Source: Diplonema japonicum
Taxonomy: Eukaryota; Protista; Euglenozoa: Diplonemea
NCBI GenBank assembly: GCA_964019335.1
Contig: OZ025716.1
Coordinates: 372,001-436,000, forward strand
Length of the DNA stretch: 64,000 bases
Direction: 5' to 3'
Shown: positions 31,416 through 39,605 of the stretch, piece after piece
Layout: every line of letters starts with the position of its first letter
How positions within the stretch are numbered: position 1 is the stretch's first letter
Notes under the pieces: model-generated
The model's input: the letters and a program-made list of their open reading frames with translations, nothing else
Told to the model about the DNA's origin: nothing
Databases searched by the model: none
Position numbers and translations under genes: made by a program

Positions 31416-34196
31416 ATGGCTGAGTCACAGAAGCAGCACCCTGGGGGCGGGGGCTTCAAAGATTCATTTGAAAGGTTTTCGGCTTCTGTTCATAAGGGTA
31501 CCGAGTCAGGTTTCGAGAAGCTCAGCACTCTTGTGGTGAACTACCCACAATGGACCATTGGGATCTGCTTAGTCTTTTCAGCCATCATGGCACAGGGCGT
31601 GTGGCTCTACGATGAGGAGATGGCAGGTGACAAACAGTTCAGCCCACGAGACAGCCGAGCCGTCTTGGAGCAGAACTGGGTGGTCGACAGGTTCGGCCAC
31701 GACAAGCGCTTCGTCTCGTCGATGTTCGAAGCCGATGAAGGGACGAACATGCTGACGAAAGCCTCGCTGCTGTACATGCAAGAGATGCACGAGTGGCTCC
31801 TGTCACAGTCGCTCATCGTGAACGGGGAGAACGTGACCTACAACGTGGTGTGCACGCGATACACCAAAAACGATGATTGCAAATTCCCTGTTTCTATTCT
31901 GTCCTACTGGCAGCACAACAGAACCCTCCTTGAGGCTGACCCGAACCCTCTTTCCACCATCAACTCTGTTGACTGGAGGGACATGGAACCCTCTGGCCCT
32001 CATTTAAATTACTACCTTGGCAGTGATGCTGTTCGTGATGCCAGTGGGGCGTTGGTGTCGACACGGGCCACGCGTATCATCTACAACCTGAAGAACGAGA
32101 GGGAGGAGATTTCCGGCGTTGGGGAGGACGACCCGCAGAGCAGGTACTTCGAGATCCTGATTGCTGAGAAGTCTGCTGACAGGCGTGGCTCTGACAAAAG
32201 ATTACACCGTATAGGGACCTTTATCAAGACACTCGCAGAAGAAAATGAGGCTGGAAGGAGTGCTCTCGATGGTGACATCCGGAATCTCATCATTGGCTAC
32301 ATCCTTATGATTGCGTACGCTTCCTTCATCCTGTCAAGGAGCCGCATAAAATTTTCACACTCCTTGTTAGGTTTAGTGTCAGTTGTGTCCATTGGCCTGT
32401 CAACCTTCAGTGCCTACGGCCTCTGCTGGTACATCGGGATCAAGTTCAACACTGTCGTTCAGGTGCTGATCTTGGTGCTTCTCGGTGTTGGGATCGACGA
32501 CACCTTTGTGATCATGGACTCCTGGTGGGACTGCTCCGACGTCTACAGCATGAAGGATCGAATGGTCGAAGCTGTGAAGCACGCTGGTCCTGCGATCACG
32601 ATCACATCTGTGACCGACCTCATCGCCTTCCTTGCCGGGTCCAGCACACAATTCCCCGCCCTTCGTGACTTCTGCTACTACGCCACAATTGGAATCCTTT
32701 TCGATTTTGTCTACCAATGCACATTCGTGGTAGCCATTGCATACCTTGACAGTGTGAGGCAGGCTAAGGGCCGGGCAGATGTCCTGTGCTGCATACGTGT
32801 TGAGGACGAGACAGGTGTGTGCGTAAGGCGCGATGCGAAGTGGACAGAGGCAGACAGGGGCTTTCAGAACCGTGTTGTTGGATCGTACATGCCGAGGGTC
32901 GTGCTTGGGACTGTCGTGGGCAAGGTGGTGGTGCTCCTGCTTTCTGCTTTCTTCTTAGGAATTGGTGTCTACGGGTGCACTCGGGTGAAGATGAACTACA
33001 ACAACGAGTGGTTCATCCCCGACGGGCACTCCATCGAGGATGCTATTAAGGTCCGCGACACATTCTTCGCTGGCCAGAGCCTCTCCACCAACGCCTACTT
33101 CGGTGACTTCGACTACGCCAACTCACAGGATGTGGTGCTCAGCGGTAGTACAGTTCTGCGCAACAACAGATGGGTGATAGAGAACTCGACGATATCATGG
33201 ATGGAGGACTTCCAGCAGTGGGTGAAGAAGGAGCACGTGGCGGACTGGGACCAGTCGGCTGGGAGGATCGTCCCTTCTCAGTTCTACAGGCTTCTTCGTG
33301 TGTTCGCCTCGACGGCAACAGGGCCCCGCAGTGCTTGGCAGCACATCGACAACATCAGGTGGAGCAGCAATGGCAGTGACTCGCTGGTCGCCTCCCGTGT
33401 GGGCTTCCTCATCGTTGGTGATGCTCTCACTGACGGGCAGAATGCTGTGGACTGCATGGATGATCTTCGCAAAAAGCTCCACGGAACAGCCTTTGCGTGG
33501 GCCTTCCCGTTTGTCTTCTGGGAGACATACAAGGAAATGATTCCCGAGATCACAAGGAACGTGGCCATTGCAGGGTCGTGTGTGTTCGTGCTGGTCACCA
33601 TCATGATTGCGAACGTACAGCTGGGCCTCCTCGTGACCCTTGCGATCGGGTGTGTGGACGTGTGCATGCTTGGTTTCATGCCTTTCATCGGTGTTGAGCT
33701 GAACGGTGTGTCTGTGATCTGCATTGTGCTTGCTGTCGGTCTGAGTGTGGACTACAGTGTCCACATTGCAGGGGCCTTCCTTCATGTGAAGTGTGAGGAT
33801 GGCGATGAGCACAGTGGGAGGACACAGCGTGCGGCCTTCGCATTATGGAAGATGGGCCCTGCTGTGGTGAATGGGGGGACCTCTACATTCATCGCGATCC
33901 TTCCGGCCGCCTTCGCTGTCTCATATGTGTTTAAGGTGTTCTTCAGGATGTTTGCGTTGATCATCTTCTTCGGGCAGTGGTTCGGGGTGTTCTTGCTTCC
34001 GGTGGTGCTGTCGTTGGTGGGGCCTGACCCGTACCTCACAGCTCCGGAGCTGAATGAGAAGCCGCATGAGAACCCTCTTCACCCCAACCACTTCAAGCCC
34101 CTTAGCGCGTATTCGGTGAAAGAGACGACCGTGGTGCAAGTTGAAATGGTGGGTAGCAGCGCAGTTCCTGAAGTGAGCGACAGCACATCAGAGTGA
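31416..34196 (+). CDS. Patched/NPC1-like RND SSD protein, copy 7 (926 aa)
   Basis: ATG 31416 after CAG|G at 31392-31395. Same motifs; most divergent luminal segments, but TM8-12 nearly identical to copies 1 and 3. Confidence 0.93.
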   Translation: MAESQKQHPGGGGFKDSFERFSASVHKGTESGFEKLSTLVVNYPQWTIGICLVFSAIMAQGVWLYDEEMAGDKQFSPRDSRAVLEQNWVVDRFGHDKRFVSSMFEADEGTNMLTKASLLYMQEMHEWLLSQSLIVNGENVTYNVVCTRYTKNDDCKFPVSILSYWQHNRTLLEADPNPLSTINSVDWRDMEPSGPHLNYYLGSDAVRDASGALVSTRATRIIYNLKNEREEISGVGEDDPQSRYFEILIAEKSADRRGSDKRLHRIGTFIKTLAEENEAGRSALDGDIRNLIIGYILMIAYASFILSRSRIKFSHSLLGLVSVVSIGLSTFSAYGLCWYIGIKFNTVVQVLILVLLGVGIDDTFVIMDSWWDCSDVYSMKDRMVEAVKHAGPAITITSVTDLIAFLAGSSTQFPALRDFCYYATIGILFDFVYQCTFVVAIAYLDSVRQAKGRADVLCCIRVEDETGVCVRRDAKWTEADRGFQNRVVGSYMPRVVLGTVVGKVVVLLLSAFFLGIGVYGCTRVKMNYNNEWFIPDGHSIEDAIKVRDTFFAGQSLSTNAYFGDFDYANSQDVVLSGSTVLRNNRWVIENSTISWMEDFQQWVKKEHVADWDQSAGRIVPSQFYRLLRVFASTATGPRSAWQHIDNIRWSSNGSDSLVASRVGFLIVGDALTDGQNAVDCMDDLRKKLHGTAFAWAFPFVFWETYKEMIPEITRNVAIAGSCVFVLVTIMIANVQLGLLVTLAIGCVDVCMLGFMPFIGVELNGVSVICIVLAVGLSVDYSVHIAGAFLHVKCEDGDEHSGRTQRAAFALWKMGPAVVNGGTSTFIAILPAAFAVSYVFKVFFRMFALIIFFGQWFGVFLLPVVLSLVGPDPYLTAPELNEKPHENPLHPNHFKPLSAYSVKETTVVQVEMVGSSAVPEVSDSTSE

Positions 34197-34984
34197 GCGA
34201 CTGGTGTTATGGATTCGGATTGATAATTGAGGTCAAGTAACCACCCACCATGTTGAGGGGTACAAAGGGGGACAAAAACAGGGTCACTATCTTTGTGATT
34301 TAATGTTTTCTTTAGTAATCTGGGTAAGGAATTAAAGGGAAAGAAAAACGATGAAGTCCGTCAAGGTAGAAAAAGAAAGAAGTAGAAAGAATAAAAAAAA
34401 GATCTTTCAAATTGGAAATTATGCCCCCCCCCCTCCCCCCCGCCACTCCGTCTTTTCTGTTTTATTTTTTGCTATGCGACATTTGATTCTTCTATTCTGT
34501 TTTTTTATACTTCTCTTTTCCTTTTTTTTTTTTTTTTTTTTTTTATTATTATACTTATCACTTTGATGTGTTTTCTTTTTTTTGTTATCCGGCGAGGGGT
34601 CGGGTTACCTCACAGGGTAGACCTGTTGTAAAGGACCAATTTTCTTTGTAATTACCTTTTTGGTTTAAAAGGTCTGAATATCTTTTTTTTGAAGGAGAAG
34701 TCTAGGTGGGAAGGAGAGAGAAGCATTTTTGTATTCTGTCATGTCCTCAGGTAAAGCGAATGATTGGAGGCATTGAAAATATCGTTTCTTCGACCTATTC
34801 TCAAACTCGGAGGGAGGGGCCGTGGTGTTTCATTCAGCGGCTCAAATTGACATGTGGCCAGAAATGCTCGTATTAGGGCTCCTCCTTAAACTACCATAAC
34901 TCTTATCTCCTTTTCTTTCTTCCACTTTTACTTTCTACGGGACCACAGGGGACTTGGGAGGCTTCGGGGCGAAGTTTCACAAGG

Positions 34985-35455
34985 GTGGCCGCTGTGTCAC
35001 ATACTGCATGGCACCACTAAAATCGAGACAACTTTTTTTTTTTTTTTTTCTTTTCAATTCTTTGTGCATTTCTTTTTTTTTTTTTTTTTTCGTGGGTAAC
35101 TCCTCTTCTTTTATTTCCTTTTGAAAAAAGGCAACACCAGACAAAAAAAAAAAAAAAAAAAGATAGAAAGCGACTTTGAAAACACGCTAAAAAGATGAAA
35201 AACATGTTTAATGTAGGGTTTGTGCCTTCCCCCCCCCCTTTTTTTTTTCTCAATCAGACTAGTCTTTTGGACGTTATTGGGTCAATTTTCGGTTTTTCGC
35301 GTTCCAAAGATTTGGGCAGCATTCAACCCCAAGTTTTTTAAGTGTCTTTTTTTCTATTTTTTTTTTTTTTTTTTTTTAGGGACCGACCCACGGGAGCATC
35401 ATAAGGTAGGCACGCCACGGTGGGCCGTTGCTAACCACTTCGTTCCTATTATAGT
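34985..35455 (+). repeat. Pair of short dispersed repeats, also present at 40953-41397
   Basis: gtggccgc(t)gtgtcacata(c/t)tgcatggcaccactaaa(a/g)tcgagacaact at 34985 and 40953; gggccgttgctaaccacttcgttcctat(t/c)atagt at 35422 and 41364. Confidence 0.8.
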
Positions 35456-35897
35456 GAGTTTCTTTTATTTTATTCATTGTGGATGATCAACGAAACCCTT
35501 AGTCTAAAAACCTGATTTTGTTGCACCTTGGCCTCCTGCTGGGAAGGGGAGGCTCCCCCATACTCATTTTAAACAGCTCAGAGCCGGACAGTTTTCAACA
35601 ATGACCCATGCCAAAACAATTTAAGACTTTTGTGCGTTTTGTTTTAAATTGCTTGACTTGACTCTTTTTTTTTTTTTTTCCTTCTTCTTTTCTTTTTTTC
35701 TTTCCCGAACGGTGAACAATTAGTGAATATAAACAGTAAAAATGGGCCACCCTCTGCGAATTTCTTTTTTTTTTTTTTTTTTCCTCAGGTAATTCATGCT
35801 GTTTTTTTCTTTTTTTTTTTGATTTTCTTTTTGACTTGTCAAGGGAACGTTGCCAACATGTTTCGGGTTACAAACAACGACGAATTCTTCTTTTTGG

Positions 35898-35955
<58 letters not shown>

Positions 35956-36135
35956 AAGAAGGCCAGTTTTTGCATCAGAGAATACCAAGAAAGACCTTAA
36001 GAAACTGGCAAGAAAAAGAGAAGATAACAACACAGCCGAAAAAAGCAAGAAAAAGGCCGAGACCCCAGAAGGGAGAAAGGGGTGGATAAGTAGAGACAAG
36101 GGGGACGTTCCAAACAGGAACCCTCCTTTATCTCA

Positions 36136-36169
<34 letters not shown>

Positions 36170-36200
36170 TGTAAGTATTCGTGCGTTCAGGGTTGACGGG

Positions 36201-36231
<31 letters not shown>

Positions 36232-37041
36232 AACAAAATAATTTTTTTTTGTCAACTTTTCCCCCCACCCACCCACACTGTCCGGGAAATAAGAAAATGA
36301 GGGGGGGGGGAAAAAAAGGGGGAGAAAAATCCCCATTTTATGGTTGTTCCTCGTGCAGCCATTCTTACAGATATGGCCCCTCCCCTCCCCCCTCCCCCCT
36401 AACTTTCCGAAGTGGTACTCGTCTCTTTCTTGTCGTCACTCTGGAAGGTTAGGGGCCATACACACAGTATTGCTGTATTTTTGTACCCCTCCTAGTGCAC
36501 CTCTTGCTGTTCCTGAGAAAGCATTTCCCCCCTCTACCTCCAGGGGGGTGGAGCATATTTGAGATGCCAGGTTATGAACGCTTGGAAGTCGGCAGTTTTA
36601 CTTTAGCACTTTCACTGCATCAGTCATCAGGAATCATAGTGCAGTTGGCCTTTAATCGACACTGGAAGTCTTTTGGCTCTTCCACCTGATTTGATGACTG
36701 GCTGCCTTTTAAGGCCAGCCTTACCCAGCCCAAAGAAAAAAAAAAAAGAAAAAGAAAAAAAGAAAAGAACAAAGAAAGAAAAAGAATAGCCTCAACTAGC
36801 TTCCAGCTACCATCCAAAAAAAAAAAAAAAAAGAAAATGAAAAGAAAAAGAAAAATGAAATTTGTGTGTATTTCTTTTCTTTTTGTTTGCTCTTTTTTTT
36901 TCTTTTCTTTTTTTTCCTCATAAGACTTATACATGGCTTTTCAGTGTTTTTTTTTTTTCTTCTTTTTTTTACTTCTTCTTTTCTCTTCTTTTTTTCTTCC
37001 CGTAGCAACATTTCACGACGATATCCTTCCTTTCCGACAAA

Positions 37042-37325
37042 ATGAGCACCCCTCAGAGGGGCGTTGTGCTGGTTGCAAGCATAGTCTTGAGCGCCTTGTG
37101 GTGACTACGATGAGGATCTCCTGATAAACAGTTCAGCCCACGACCCTAGGTCAAGTGTTCAAGTACTTGTCTCGGTGTTGGGATCGACGACACCTTTGTG
37201 ATCATGGACTCCTGGTGGGACTGCTATGAAATTTTCACGAAGGAGAGGATGATTGCGGCCATGAAGTCACATCTGTGACTACCTCATCGCCTGGATCAGC
37301 TGGTTTTTGAGGACCTGAAGTTTCA
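37042..37325 (+). pseudogene. Collapsed relic of an eighth Patched-like array copy
   Basis: Colinear short blocks of the paralogues, including a ~58-bp exact match cggtgttgggatcgacgac...tgctatgaaat, joined across multiple deletions. Confidence 0.85.
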
Positions 37326-37534
37326 CACACCTACCGCAAAGTTAACCGTCCTCTCGGGCTTTTCGATGTTAAAAAGAAATGCGGGGCTCAGAGGTTAAAG
37401 GCTATTTGCATTTTTTTTATATTTGCGTAGAAATAACTATTTCTTCCCATTTCCCCCCCCCCTTTTTTTTTTTGCTCTGCTACCTTTGCATTGATGACCA
37501 CCACCACCAACAGGAGGAGGGCCTCGCCACAGCA

Positions 37535-39505
37535 ATGGCGGTCCACTACTGCGGCATTTGCATGCAGCCAGTGCCCGAGCTGTCGCCGATGAACCACATG
37601 AACGACCACACAGCAATGATCGATGTGCTGAACCAGTGGTCACAACTGCTGGATCTGCCCGAACAAGAGGAAGAGGCTCTGCAACATGAGCACGAAGAAC
37701 ACTGGCGCAAGGTGTCCAACGAAATGCAAGAGAACAGATGCTCCGCGGAAGAGGCGGAGCTACAGTTGGAAGGAATCTCTTTGCTGTCAAAGCTCCTTCA
37801 CGGGATAGAAAAAGTCACGCTGATCCCATTCGGCTCGTCAGTCATAGGCACCTCTGAGAAAGGGAAATCGGACACAGACGTGTCTGTCTACACACCATCA
37901 ATGACAATGCTGCACTTCACTCTCTCGGGTATTAAATTCAACAAATACGGTCGAATTGTCGGGGAAAAAGGTGCAGAGAGAAAGCGTCTTGAAACGGTGT
38001 ATGGTGTGCACCTGCACATCCCTTCTCCGGACCTCCCCGGGCCCATTCTTGTCGTGGCGAATATCGAGAATGAGAAGAAAGCTCGCGACTGCATCAAGGA
38101 AATCATGCAGCTGCTCCCTGACTACGGCCGCTCCGTTGGGATCACTCGAGAACAGATCCACGCAGACGAAAAGTCCATTCTTAGCTGTGTCAACAGACGC
38201 TTGCAATCCATCCTCCACCCCCCGTGCACACAGTACCTCGACAGACTAAAGATACCCATAATGCGCATTCAAGGCTCCAGTGTGCAGCCGTTAGAAGACA
38301 CACTGCATTTCCCCGATCTGGAACAGGCCGACATTGCCTTGCATCACTTGCAAGCTACACAAAGGTACGGCGACGCCGAACTCCTCAGCCGCGACCTCAT
38401 CAGGTTTCCAAACACAGCAAGCATGCTTGAAGCACTTCACCTGCTGGAATCGAAGGGGATCAGAGTACAAATGGAACTACCGAAGTGCCTAGCGTCCGAA
38501 TGGGACATCACTGCAAGACCGCACTTCGGGCCGCGAAACTCGAAGCTGCTTCGGAAAATACTAGGCTTCGTGGGGGAAACGGCATTGGTGGCGTGCTGCC
38601 TCATCAAAAGATGGGGCAAGCAGCACATGATATCCGACACACGCAGCGGGTACATGTCGTCCTACTCACTAGTCCTGATGTTCTGCTTTTACCTGCAGCA
38701 GGAAGGACATGTAAAATACGTGGGCCACGGGGACGTCACAATGGACAGCACTGATATGCCATCACCCATGACACCCTCAACACTGACGGACGAGGACCAC
38801 AAGCAAATCATGAACCTCACGGTCGGCTTCTTCAGGTATTATACAAAGTTCGATTGGTCGTCCCGTGCGGTGACGCTGGCGGTGCCTCCTGACACAGTCG
38901 TTTCACCTGAACAGCTAGGCTTCACTGAAGAAAGCATGCTCGCAACGCTAGAGGAGCACATCAGCAGCCATGTTCATGGGAACTTTGTTGTGTACGATCC
39001 GTACGAGCACGTCAACACTGCTAGGAGGGTGTCCGTATCGAAGGCTATATATGTGAAAGGAATGTTTAAGCTGACATACTTGATGCTTGTCGGGAAATGC
39101 TGCGCCTCCTCTTACAAGGAACGGCTGCAGTTGTTATTTGAAAGCGATGCCGTTAGCCCTACCTCTGGCGTCCCTTGGCACATGCTTGGTGTGAGGGCAC
39201 CACCCCAAGGGCGTGCTGTGGATGTGAGGAAGCTGTTTCTTCCAGCGCTGCCTCCTCATTTAACTGCTCCTACCGCTGCCGTTCCTATTCTTCCTTTTGG
39301 CCCCTCGGTGGGTCTGCCATCTGCACCAGTGGCTCCTCAGGTGATGCATGTGGCGTACCGAACACCTCCAACAGCAGTCAGAGTAGACCCTGTAGCTTTG
39401 CCCTTGCAGAAGCCCGTCCCTTCGGCTCCGGTCGAAGAGACGGAAAGTTTAGTCGATCTTAACTCGCTGCTTCAAGACCTTCGGGCTAGTGGTGTGTCGT
39501 TCTAA
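37535..39505 (+). CDS. Terminal uridylyltransferase-like nucleotidyltransferase (RET1/RET2/TUT4-like; 656 aa) with C2H2 finger and KH-like insertion
   Basis: FGSS-x9-SDTDV pol-beta motif; third Asp in WDIT; GPRNSKLLR; IKRWGK; GYMSSYSLVLM; FFRYYT.FDW; nucleotide-recognition motif YDPYE..NTARRV. N-terminal CGIC-x11-H-x3-H; IVGEKG GxxG loop; Pro-rich tail. ATG 37535 follows CAG|G at 37511-37514. Confidence 0.88.
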   Translation: MAVHYCGICMQPVPELSPMNHMNDHTAMIDVLNQWSQLLDLPEQEEEALQHEHEEHWRKVSNEMQENRCSAEEAELQLEGISLLSKLLHGIEKVTLIPFGSSVIGTSEKGKSDTDVSVYTPSMTMLHFTLSGIKFNKYGRIVGEKGAERKRLETVYGVHLHIPSPDLPGPILVVANIENEKKARDCIKEIMQLLPDYGRSVGITREQIHADEKSILSCVNRRLQSILHPPCTQYLDRLKIPIMRIQGSSVQPLEDTLHFPDLEQADIALHHLQATQRYGDAELLSRDLIRFPNTASMLEALHLLESKGIRVQMELPKCLASEWDITARPHFGPRNSKLLRKILGFVGETALVACCLIKRWGKQHMISDTRSGYMSSYSLVLMFCFYLQQEGHVKYVGHGDVTMDSTDMPSPMTPSTLTDEDHKQIMNLTVGFFRYYTKFDWSSRAVTLAVPPDTVVSPEQLGFTEESMLATLEEHISSHVHGNFVVYDPYEHVNTARRVSVSKAIYVKGMFKLTYLMLVGKCCASSYKERLQLLFESDAVSPTSGVPWHMLGVRAPPQGRAVDVRKLFLPALPPHLTAPTAAVPILPFGPSVGLPSAPVAPQVMHVAYRTPPTAVRVDPVALPLQKPVPSAPVEETESLVDLNSLLQDLRASGVSF

Positions 39506-39567
39506 AAGAATGAAGAAGAAAAGAGTAATTCTATGCTGATAATATGTTCTTTTTGTTGTTTAAAAAG

Positions 39568-39605
<38 letters not shown>

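Noticed and set aside
4051-34139. Recurring short antisense and alternate-frame ORFs in each Patched-like copy
   Set aside because: They recur only because the sense CDSs are near-identical; lengths vary with synonymous changes.
35017-37011. Poly-F/poly-K ORFs in spacers
   Set aside because: Translations of T/A homopolymer tracts; lengths may also be sequencing artefacts.
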